From contig JALAGF010001130.1 in NCBI GenBank assembly GCA_030167865.1, positions 1 to 38,272 of the forward strand: DNA of 38,272 nt, written 5' to 3'. A model generated the notes under the pieces. The model was not told the origin of the DNA. It was given only the letters and a program-made list of their open reading frames with translations, and searched no databases. Below, piece after piece: positions 1-9,607 of the stretch. This DNA is from Craspedostauros australis (Eukaryota). The position numbers and the translations under genes were made by a program. The number at the start of each line of letters is the position of its first letter. Position 1 is the first letter of the stretch.

Positions 1-423
1 TGCTTTGTCGGGAATGTCGGGAGTTTCTCTGTTGCGACTCAAGGTTTTGTAAAGGGAGTAATTGACGCCAAACGCAGCAACTTTTAATGACTGAAGGATA
101 ATGTCATGATACTAAATTACTTAACGTATGATAGGTTGAATGGAATCCCGACTTTCTGCCGAGTGTCCCTGATGTTGCGCGCAACGAGATTCCTCCTTGA
201 AGTACCTCATCAAGCACCCGCACTCGTACAAGCACGAACTCTGCCCATTGATGACACCCCTCAAGTTGCTGGTGTCATAATCCAACCCATCTCGCATCGT
301 CATCGCCTGCTGCCTTCTTCGTTCATTCTTTCTCTCGCAAGCGACGCCTTCATCCTCGCATCAGCATCAGCATCACTTGCAGCCTCACGCGACGCAACAC
401 AAAGCAATAGCAAAGCATTCACC

Positions 424-1644
424 ATGGCAAACGACAGCGGCGGTGGCACGAAGAAACGATCCTTCTTCGGGATGTTCTGCGGATTCGTGCTGAAGTTCGT
501 GCTCCCAATCACGGTGGTGTTCCTCGCCATCGTCATCGGCTGGTTCAATCGGTTCGATGCCCCCGAGGGCGCCTTCTTCGCCTGCGTCTTCCCCATCGCC
601 AAAGGCTTCTGGCCGCCGCCCATCGTGGGACACGGCAAGATGCTGGGCACCAGCACCATCCCCGTGCCGGACGACTACGAAGCCCAACCTCGTCCCACCA
701 ACGAGCGGCTCCTGCCACTGCCCTTCGATCAGCAGATCCCCCAGGTCGGACTGGGCATGTGCTGCCGCGCCTCGGCCTACGACGACGAGCTCGTCTACCG
801 CACGGTCCTGTGGTACCTCCTCAGCGGCGGACGCCACATTGACGGCGCGCACCTCTACCTCAATCACAAGGCCATCGGACGCGGCATCCGCGAGGCCATG
901 CGCCGCGCCGACATCCCGCGCGAGGAGATCTTCGTCACGACGAAGCTGTGGACGCGCGATTTCGGTTACAACCGCACGAAGGAGCTCGTGCCGCAGTTCC
1001 TCGAGGAGCTCGATCTGGAGTACATCGACCTCATCCTGATGCACGCGCCGAGCCACTTCTTCCCCAAGCTCATGTCCAACGACTGCACCCGCCGCGGCAT
1101 CACGAACGCCGAGTGCCGCCGCGAGACGTGGCTGGCCTTGTCGGAATTGCGTGAAGCCGGCGTCATGAAGAACGTGGGCGTCAGCAACTTCCACGTGCAG
1201 CACTTTCAGGATCTCGAGGCGTTGCAGACGCCGCAGTACAATCCCGACAATAAGCCCGTCGCGCCCATCGCCGTCAACCAATTCCAATTCAACCCCTTCT
1301 CGCCCGATTTCGCCGTCGATACCTACAACTACTGCCAGAAGAACGGCATCGTCGTGACGGCCTACGCCAGCCTGGGCGGCGCCATGAATCACATCTCGAG
1401 CTCGAGCCTGCACACGCTCGAATCCATCTCGGCCAAGCATTCCACCACGATCACGCAGATTGCCCTGCGTTGGGCCGTCCAAAAGAACGTCGTCGTCATC
1501 CCGGGCACCGGTAATCCCAAGCATATGCGCGAAAACTTGGGGGTCTACGATTTCAGTTTGACCGATGAAGATATGGCGGCGCTGGATAATTTGCGCAACG
1601 ATGAAATGGCCAAGAAGTTCTTCTACATGGAGCCTTTGGATTAA
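424..1644 (+). CDS. Aldo-keto reductase family protein with N-terminal transmembrane segment
   Basis: Intronless ORF, likely starting at accATGG 424 (MANDSGGG). The AKR catalytic tetrad motifs are present: IDGAHLY (Asp, Tyr), IFVTTKLW (Lys) and LILMHAP (His). Also present are GVSNF, VNQFQF, TAYASLG, QIALRWAVQKNVVVIPG and MRENL. A hydrophobic stretch FVLKFVLPITVVFLAIVIGWF lies near the N-terminus. Codons are strongly G/C-ending. Confidence 0.93.
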   Translation: MANDSGGGTKKRSFFGMFCGFVLKFVLPITVVFLAIVIGWFNRFDAPEGAFFACVFPIAKGFWPPPIVGHGKMLGTSTIPVPDDYEAQPRPTNERLLPLPFDQQIPQVGLGMCCRASAYDDELVYRTVLWYLLSGGRHIDGAHLYLNHKAIGRGIREAMRRADIPREEIFVTTKLWTRDFGYNRTKELVPQFLEELDLEYIDLILMHAPSHFFPKLMSNDCTRRGITNAECRRETWLALSELREAGVMKNVGVSNFHVQHFQDLEALQTPQYNPDNKPVAPIAVNQFQFNPFSPDFAVDTYNYCQKNGIVVTAYASLGGAMNHISSSSLHTLESISAKHSTTITQIALRWAVQKNVVVIPGTGNPKHMRENLGVYDFSLTDEDMAALDNLRNDEMAKKFFYMEPLD

Positions 1645-2177
1645 ATTGGGTGCGTGGATGGCTTGATCAATGGGTGGATTGTTGGATGGGTTGCGTTAGG
1701 ATTGATCGTCCGAGGCTTTGCTGAATGCACAAAGGTTGGGCTTCCATTGCAATCAACACTCTATTAGATATTCTATTATATAATATTGCATAATATAATA
1801 CATGCTTCCATATCCATACCCTATGCGCATCTACTATGTTGCTTTTCTACCTGATTTCTTGTTCGTTTGTTGCTCTTCAGGCCTTGGTGGAAGACGCTTC
1901 GGCAATGGTACGACAACCCATGCGAGATGTGACTGGTGTCTCATCTCAGGTGGCGGCCACTCCTCATCTCACCTTGCGCTCAACATTGGCCGGAGTGGAG
2001 TGTGCTGTGGTCGTCCCCCGGACACTCACGGAAATGCACGATAGAAATCAAAGCCCAACTTCGGTCGCGCAAGCAGAGCGGAGGTGCTGCTACTACTCTG
2101 TAAATAATGTGGGTAAGTCCCCCTCTCTTGTTAAAAATAAATTCTCTGTTGGTAAAATCAAAATTCATTTGAGCATA

Positions 2178-3644
2178 TCAGGACAGCTCATCTAACGATA
2201 CATTCGCCGGATTGGAATGTGACGGCGCTGCGGTATCTGGTTGCGTTTTCAACTGCGGTGATGCAGACCATCGGTCGTATGCTTGAACATCGTCATCATC
2301 GGTCGCCGCGACAATGGCAGCAGCTTGTTGCATCGTTGGTATGCTGGGATAGTGCGTCTGCGGCTTGTCCAACTCCATATCTTTCATCATGTGATGAATG
2401 CTTCTGGCAGGATGAATGGTGTTTGTGGTCAACATCGGTCGAGTACCAGCCATTCTGTAACTTGGTCGGTCGTTGTCGGAATCGATGCTGCTGCTGCTGC
2501 TGTTGTTCATGTAATCGTTCGCATGGATCGCGAGCGACATCGAACGAGGCGATCGTAGACTGCTGCGATGCATGCAGGCAGGTAGGGATGCTACCGAGAT
2601 CCTCCCGCTATTGCTGTTGTTGTTGCCACCGGAGTGATGCGAGCGTAGATCCGCGTCATCGTTGCTGACGTGGGTCATTTCCGTCACGTCATCATCATGA
2701 CGATGGATGTCGCTGTGCCGTATGCGCTTGCGCGGCATGATGGCGACATCTTCGACGCCGTCTCGGGATGCCAAGGTGCTGTTGCTAGCGTAGATGCTGT
2801 AGTCGTCTTCTTCGTCGTCATCGGAATCGTTGCAGCTGAACGACGCGTCAAAGGCGCTGCGCAGGATGTGCGTTTGCACTGCCGCGCCACGTCGACGTAA
2901 GGATTGGTACTTCTTGGCGATTTTCTGCAGCGGAATCCATTTGCCGTTGATGGTACTGTTCTGCTCATCGATGGCGGATGTGCTCTTGGTTCGCAGGCGG
3001 CTGGGATGGAACTGACTCCATCGATGATGCTGCTGCTGCTGCTGTTGTTGATGATGCTGGTTGTGCTGATTGCGATTGTGCTTCCGCAAGATCTGGGAAG
3101 GTGACATCGATCTGCTGAAGTGGCTGGGTCCGGGCGGTTCCGGCGGCGTGAATGTGAATGATTGAGTGTCGATGCGGTAGTTGACGGCGTCTGCTGCCGG
3201 CGATCGAAGCGCCATGGTGGAACCGAGCTTGGACACCGCGGTCATGATGCGAGTCGTTTCAAATTGGCTGAGAGAACCAGCGTCGGAGATGGAGGTGTGG
3301 TCCTCGTACCCGTACTTCGCGACGTCGTCATCGAGCTGGTTGTCATCGCTATCGTCGTTGTGCATGGAGGTGTCGGCGGTGGCATTTGCAGTATCGCCCT
3401 TTGCGTCCATTTCCGTAGCCACGCTGTCCTCGGCACCATCGTTCACGTCGCTGACGGTATCTTCATTGAGATGCTCGGACGGAGTCTGACTTGGACCGTG
3501 GTCACCGCTCACATCTGCGTCTGTTGCGGAATTGGAGTCCGCATGCAAGCTCGCCATGCTGACGCTCGCAGTTCCATCGTCTTCCTGCCAGCTGGTCATG
3601 GCGATGGATGCTGTGTTCCCATCCATCAGCTGGCTGGTCTCCAT
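2178..3644 (-). CDS. Hypothetical low-complexity, probably disordered protein (488 aa)
   Basis: Long ATG-initiated ORF rich in D/S/N/H/Q, with short ordered-looking motifs (KKYQSLRRRGAAVQTHILRSAF; basic MPRKRIR). No family recognised. Confidence 0.7.
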   Translation of the reverse strand: METSQLMDGNTASIAMTSWQEDDGTASVSMASLHADSNSATDADVSGDHGPSQTPSEHLNEDTVSDVNDGAEDSVATEMDAKGDTANATADTSMHNDDSDDNQLDDDVAKYGYEDHTSISDAGSLSQFETTRIMTAVSKLGSTMALRSPAADAVNYRIDTQSFTFTPPEPPGPSHFSRSMSPSQILRKHNRNQHNQHHQQQQQQQHHRWSQFHPSRLRTKSTSAIDEQNSTINGKWIPLQKIAKKYQSLRRRGAAVQTHILRSAFDASFSCNDSDDDEEDDYSIYASNSTLASRDGVEDVAIMPRKRIRHSDIHRHDDDVTEMTHVSNDDADLRSHHSGGNNNSNSGRISVASLPACMHRSSLRSPRSMSLAIHANDYMNNSSSSSIDSDNDRPSYRMAGTRPMLTTNTIHPARSIHHMMKDMELDKPQTHYPSIPTMQQAAAIVAATDDDDVQAYDRWSASPQLKTQPDTAAPSHSNPANVSLDELS

Positions 3645-4913
3645 CCTTTTTGCGGTGGACCGGGATTGATGTGTACTGGTACTGATACTACTCGTATTGG
3701 TATGATAGTATCCGCGACGTCCGCTGCCTCAGTTTCGTCTGTCGGTGCTCTGTCTCTGTCTTCCTTCTGGATGCGCTTTTTGTGGCGGTGATGCTTGTGG
3801 ATGCAACACTGATGATGTTGTTGTGTCTGTTGCTGTGGCTGGTTGTCCCAGTGTCTCTCGAGAACACCTCTTCTGCGTCTGTCCCTGTTGTTGTCCCTGA
3901 TCCAGGTGTGTGCTGCTGCTGCTGCTGCTGATGTCTTTGTGGCTGCTGATGTGACAGTTGCCGCCCTCTGTGATTGTGGCTGCTGCGGATGCTCGTCTCT
4001 GCGTGATCCTCTCTGCCTCTCTTGTGCTTCGCGTTGGCTCGTCTCCTTTCCTTGTTGCTTTGATTCTCTTTGCCAATGCAAGAGGCCGTCGTTCCACAAA
4101 GGGTGCTGGCGCCGTTGATGATGGTGGATCGAAGAAGAAGGACTGGTCTCACAAAAAGTCCCCCGACGACCATCAGCGAAACGCTCTTCCACTCACACAC
4201 ACTCACGCGTCCTCCTTCACAAGTCAGATCTGAGACAGAGATGGACAAAACCGAAGAATCCGGGAATCCGTGAGGGCACCAGTACCGGCGCGACACTCTC
4301 GTCGTATTGGAATGCAGCAGGCAGAGCAGAGCAGAGTAGACTGTTCAACCGTGAGTATGATCAATGGTGCGAGCTACTCTATGGTATGGTACTCGTAGAG
4401 TTAAAAAAGATATCCACCAAAGGACGACCACAGAGTAAGTGTAGGCAGCACAATCGCTCCCTCCGTTCCACCAGTACTATACTTCTATTGGCAACTCGTG
4501 CTCCTCGAAACAACACAGCTGGTGCATACCTTGTTCGATACTTTCCGAACAACAGAACACAAGAAGAGAAGAACGCCAACCAACCCATCGCATCATCAAG
4601 ACATCGCTCACACCAACACAAACGATGAAGATGTTGGAGCCCTTGTTCTTTTCGTCCGATGTCATTGAATCTGGTCATGGAACACATTCGTGATTCAACG
4701 AGTCAAGGCTTGTATCAAAGACTGTCGAAATGTCTCGACTTGTTGAGGTACCTTCTCCTATTTCTTGGATACGAAAAATGTGTCATGTGGCGACCTGTGG
4801 TGCGAGCTGGGAACGACCATGTGCTCCACTCTATTAGTATTGTAGTAGTACATACGAGTAGCAGTAGAGAGTGTGTACCATAGTCGCACATCGTGTAGAT
4901 CGTACTCGAAGAG

Positions 4914-6520
4914 CTACACATTCCCTGTCTCATCGGGCTCCGGAACATACCGCACCGTCTTGCCTTGCAGGCCATTGAGGAATGACACGGCATCCATCGG
5001 TTTGCGCGTGGCCGGTTGCAACCGCGTGATCTGCAAGACCGAACCATCGCAACAGACCATTTCGAGACCGCTCTTTTGCGTCACGATCACATCCGTCACG
5101 TCGCGTACACCGCCTGCGAGAACGCTCGTCTCGATCAATTTGTACTTGATGGGCGTCGCATCACCAATTTGCAACCAAACGTAAACGCCAGGCCACATGG
5201 CGAATCCACGACGGCGGTTATTAAGTTGCGTGGCCGTCTCTTCCCATGGTCGCAACTGCGCTTCTTTGGGACTGATCATATCGGCATTGACGACGTCGTC
5301 ATCGCATTGCGCCGTGGCCGTGTCCATGGTGATCTCGCCATTCAAGAGCCGCGGCAGGTGTTGCAGCAACGATTGCGTGCCAACATCAAACAGAAATGGC
5401 AGCAAGGCAGCAGCATCCTGTGTATCGTCCTCCATTTTGTGCTCCTCCTGCGCGATGATGGGACCGGCATCCATCTTGCTGACGGTGAAGAGCACTGTCA
5501 CGCCGACCGGATTGTCGCCAGCCTCCAACGAACGTTGTACGGGGCTCGCACCACGCCAGCGTGGTAACAGGCTGGGGTGGATGTTGACAGTGCCATGCGT
5601 GGGCGCGGCCAGGAATCGTTTGGGCAAGTACTGGCCGTAGGCGGCCGTGATGCAGAGATCGGGTTGGATCGTGTCCTGCAAGGTGTCCAAGAATTCCGAA
5701 TCCTTGGCCTATTTTTGTCGGAACGAAGCAAGTGTGCAAATGTGAGATGTCAGTGTGCGTACGAAGTGTTCTTGCGAAGGGTGGATACGAGATTGAGCGA
5801 GGAACAGAGCATTGCAGAGCATCGTGCTTGAGCGAACTTTGTACGAGCAGATGTAGTCATTGGCTCAAACATGAACATGGACGCAACCGTCGTTGCGATT
5901 TGACTTTACAAATTGCAACAAGCCTATCCATGATCTCTTCTTCCTCCTGCTTCTGGTCAAATCGATCTCGTTCGAGACAGCGACTTCATGGCTCCAACCC
6001 AAAAATAACATCGCGCACGCACCTTCTCAGGACACAGCACAGGAATGCCGCATTCCTCGGCAACCTTGCCCACGGGACTGGGTTCCAGCTTGCCCTTGCG
6101 TTTGCGACGCCGTGGCGGCTGCGTGATGACGGACACGATATCGTAGATGGAATCTTCCTTCTGAGAATCTTCGTACAACGTCTGCAACGTCGTGGCGGCA
6201 ACGTCAGGCGTACCCAGGAAGACCACGCGTTTCTTCGTGGCATACAAGCGACTGTCATATCGTGTCGTCGTCGCGTGCTTTGTGAATGCTGATGGTCTCA
6301 ATGGAAGCTGGAAGGCTCTGACGAAGAAGAATCTGCCGCCACTCGTGGTGGTTCTGGTCGTGAACATCATGGTTGCCGTTGTCACCAACATGATGACGAG
6401 GGATCGGCAATGTTGAGATCTTGAAGTGTTGCTGCCAGCACGAATGTTGCTTGTGTCGACGGTGCTTCGATTTGGGCGTTTGAGAGGCACTCCGGTTGCA
6501 CGCAACGTCGTTGTGCTCAT
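4914..6520 (-). CDS. fmt: Methionyl-tRNA formyltransferase, organellar (2 exons)
   Basis: Exon 1 is 6520-6023 (alternative ATG at 6391) with RVVFLGTPDVA, VITQPPRRRKR and PSPVGKVAEECGIPVLCPEK. A phase-0 intron 6022-5709 runs GTGCGT...TAG. Exon 2 is 5708-4914 with AAYGQYLP, VNIHPSLLPRWRGASPVQRSL, KMDAGPII and RGFAMWPG. The product is about 430 aa with an N-terminal targeting extension. Confidence 0.93.
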
Positions 6521-7168
6521 GCTTGTGCTTTGGGTATGAGCTGAGTATGTGTAATATTAGTATGGCCGCACTAATATTGCAAGTTCGGAGATTGCGCGAG
6601 TTGTTCTGGCGGCTGTTTCTTCTATTTCTCGATTATCAGTTGCAGTCGTGCAATCATCAACTGCATCCAACCTCTTGTAGGTACCAAGAGTTGAGCAGGT
6701 GCGAAAGGAAGACAGCGACAATGACGATGCCGGTGGAGATGCTGATGCTGACGGTGACGCTTCCTTGTTGATGTTGGTGTCGTGTCGAGCACAACCAATG
6801 GCCCCAAAGATCGGGTGATGGGCACAATGTGAGTGGTTGGACTGACGCACGAACGAACTCTCGCAGAAAACGCGTGAATCCCGGACGTGCGTTCGTATCC
6901 AAACGGTCGACGTACAGACACCATCACATCACAAAGATTTGTCGACCCGCTCACGTTGTTGGCCATCAACGCAATCCAAATTCTTGGATCCGTCATCATT
7001 CCATCACCTCATCGTTCCATCACTCCATCACAAACTGCTCTCCTTGGCTTCATCGCTATCTTATCTTTGTCAGCCATACTCGCACATGCAATACATCCAG
7101 CCTCTTGCATCAGAGCCAACAATACAACTGGACCTCATACTGAGTGGAAGAATCGAATCTAGCAGACG

Positions 7169-8488
7169 ATGAAATTCCATGCCCATTGCGTCTCAGCTTG
7201 GATGCTGGTTTCGGTGTCCTTGCAGAATGTCGTTGCATTCCAACCCATGGCGCCACGTGCCCTTGCGCATGCCACCGGTACCAGCATCGTTGTGACGCCA
7301 TCGTCGTCATCATCATGCTTGCGTGCAGCTGTCGACAAAGATGAGGGCAGCGAGGAAGCTGCCAATCCGTACCAGGATCCCAACTACCCCGACCTCGAAT
7401 TCGTCAACTACGACGATCCCGAGTACCAGGTCGATCAGGGCGAGGAATTCTTCGAGGCGGCAGAAGACTCCACGGAGGAAGAGATCGAGGCCATGCGCGA
7501 GGAGCGCCGCGAACGCAACGACGAATTCCAGTTCGAGACGTACTACAAGGAGATCCTGAAGGAGGGCGCCGAATACAAAGGCGAATGGACGGTCTTCCGA
7601 ACCTCCACGTTCCATGGCGACATCGAGGCCGATCCCAACTCGCCGTATCCCAAGTTCGGCAAGGTCGGTGAGGAGCCCGTCAAGGTCATCACGCAAGGTT
7701 CACGCATCGTCGTCGACAGCGGCGACGACGCAGCCTCCCTGCTCGATCGCTCGCGTCTGTTGCACAAGGAGACGTTCAGTCCGGAATTCGAGCCCACGGC
7801 GGACCAGGCCGATCTGCTGTCCAACACGTACTGGCCCGACGAGATGCGCGCCTTCGATTTCCGCGGTCAGCAAGGCAACATGTGCGTCGGCAACGCCTAC
7901 AGCATCTGCAAGGGCATCGCCATGTCCGACGAGAAGGGTGTCACGGTTTACCCGGAAGGTCCCTACTCCGAATACTTCGCCGAGGTCGGCATCCAGGACG
8001 AACTGCTGCGATTCCGCATCAAGTTAGATTATGCCATCCTCCCCGACGACGGCGCCGCGCTGCCTCCGCTCCACTTGCGGTCGTTGACGATCTGCCGCGA
8101 AACGAAGGATGCATGGCCGCGCGCCCACAACTACCAATCGGCCGCGGGCACGCGCACGCAGGAGCGCTTGTTCGGACCACCCGGCGCGATGGGCGGGTTG
8201 TACGATCCGCCGCCCGTCGATGACGCCGCCGTCGGACAGTACATGATGCTGCAGCTCGAAGGCGGCGCGACGGCGCTGTTCCCGTTCGTGATGGATCAGG
8301 AAGAGGATGGCACGGGATGGGTCACGTCGTTGGATTGGACCCCGTCGGCAATGCGGTATCAGGTCGATCGCAAGGTGCATGCCGGTGCCGGCATTCTGGG
8401 GTTGCGGACGCTGGAATTGACGGAGGTGCAAGGTGCGGAGGCCGACAAGTGGCGTCCCAAGGATGGCGGGTCCGATATGCGGCAGTGA
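7169..8488 (+). CDS. Plastid-targeted DUF3598 / BFA1-like protein
   Basis: A signal peptide ending VVA-FQP (ASAF-type cleavage motif) is followed by an S/T-rich transit peptide. The mature part has GEWT near its start, FAEVGIQDELLRFRIKLDY...LRSLTICRE, and a C-terminal LQLEGGAT...LDW...RYQVDR...LRTLELTE. These resemble the two repeated barrel halves of cyanobacterial/plant DUF3598 proteins. The coding call is strong; the family is recognised from memory only. Confidence 0.72.
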   Translation: MKFHAHCVSAWMLVSVSLQNVVAFQPMAPRALAHATGTSIVVTPSSSSSCLRAAVDKDEGSEEAANPYQDPNYPDLEFVNYDDPEYQVDQGEEFFEAAEDSTEEEIEAMREERRERNDEFQFETYYKEILKEGAEYKGEWTVFRTSTFHGDIEADPNSPYPKFGKVGEEPVKVITQGSRIVVDSGDDAASLLDRSRLLHKETFSPEFEPTADQADLLSNTYWPDEMRAFDFRGQQGNMCVGNAYSICKGIAMSDEKGVTVYPEGPYSEYFAEVGIQDELLRFRIKLDYAILPDDGAALPPLHLRSLTICRETKDAWPRAHNYQSAAGTRTQERLFGPPGAMGGLYDPPPVDDAAVGQYMMLQLEGGATALFPFVMDQEEDGTGWVTSLDWTPSAMRYQVDRKVHAGAGILGLRTLELTEVQGAEADKWRPKDGGSDMRQ

Positions 8489-9159
8489 ACAGCGAGCAGA
8501 ACATGACACTGCAACCACAACTACTATACTCTAGAGGGTAGATCTCCATTCCAGTTTAATGGTAATCAATAGTATTAGTATTAGTATTAGTACGATAGCA
8601 TTGCTGTTTCGACTCCCACAAGACCGTGCCGCATCATGCATTCGACTCCCCCGGCTATCCCATCAGTTCGTCGTTGCGAGTTGCACGTTTGTCCCAAACA
8701 GACAGCGCCGACACGCACAGTCTCGCACGAGCTGCGGTCTTGCGGGGATGTTCGTTGAAGAAGGAAATGATCGTTGGTTTGGCCATTTTTGTCGAATGTG
8801 TCGCAGAAGACGCGCGAACGACTGTTGAGTTCTAATCTCCGAATCTTTGAAAAATTGCGCGCATGAGTGCAGAACGACGTTTGGATACTTCTTTGACACT
8901 GCGTTGTTGAAGCGAGTGGCAGCACCAAGAGCAAACAAGGCACACAAAGAGCAAGACAGACACTCCTCACTCGTCACATCCGTCCCTCCATCATCACAAC
9001 ATCAACATCAACATCAACAACAAGGGCAAGAGAAGCAACATCCAAACAGGCACAACACAAAGAGTCATCACTGCGAGGTACCGCATTCAGACAACTTTCC
9101 ATTGCAATAGCCATCCACAGCACTATATCATCGACAGCCTCATCCATATCCACAACAAC

Positions 9160-9198
9160 AGCATCATTCAAGCGTCATTCAAGCATCATTCAAGCGTC
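9160..9198. repeat. 11-bp tandem repeat (TCATTCAAGCR) x3
   Basis: tcattcaagcg tcattcaagca tcattcaagcg is read directly from the sequence. Confidence 0.85.
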
Positions 9199-9240
9199 CC
9201 AACAGCATCGACAGCAGCAAATTTAGAAAACGACATCCGA

Positions 9241-9270
9241 ACAGGCGACAACAGGCGACAACAGGCGACA
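9241..9270. repeat. 10-bp tandem repeat (ACAGGCGACA) x3
   Basis: Three perfect copies. Confidence 0.9.
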
Positions 9271-9543
9271 AGCAAACAGAAGCAGGACCGGTGATTGATT
9301 CGGATTTCACGGATCCGACCTCCTTCTCGCTTTCTCGAGGTCGTGGTTGAATTCTGCGAAAGTCAATCTCGGAGTACGAGCTATTGGTACTCGTTGAGCA
9401 GGACCATCTGATCGGATCTGATCGTGTCGAAGCCCATCGACTTCAAGAGAGTGGTGGTCTGAAGATTCGTTGACTTGTTGATCAGCACATTCATTAGTTC
9501 ATTCATCATCCAGTCATTCATTGACTGAGCCACCAGCCTCATC

Positions 9544-9591
9544 AAAGACCGCGAGAGCTAGACTGCGACATCTAGACTGCGACAGATAGAC
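9544..9591. repeat. 14-bp period tandem repeat (CTAGACTGCGACA core)
   Basis: Two perfect 13-nt cores at 9558 and 9572, with degenerate flanking copies at 9544 and 9586. Confidence 0.75.
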
Positions 9592-9607
9592 ACTTCACGG
9601 CACAAGC

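Noticed and set aside
106..423. N-terminal extension of the 512-aa AKR ORF
   Set aside because: The codon usage and pyrimidine/CA-rich composition look like promoter or 5' UTR. ATG 424 has good context and marks the switch to G/C-ending codons.
385..1524. Long antisense ORFs (also 9572-10657, 10703-11866, 18802-19359 and others)
   Set aside because: These are shadow frames produced by strong GC3 bias or low-complexity sense genes and have no independent motifs.
3626..4296. Overlapping 120-200 aa ORFs upstream of the hypothetical gene
   Set aside because: Several frames are open only because of CA/CAG-rich low-complexity sequence. The region is most likely leader or promoter DNA.
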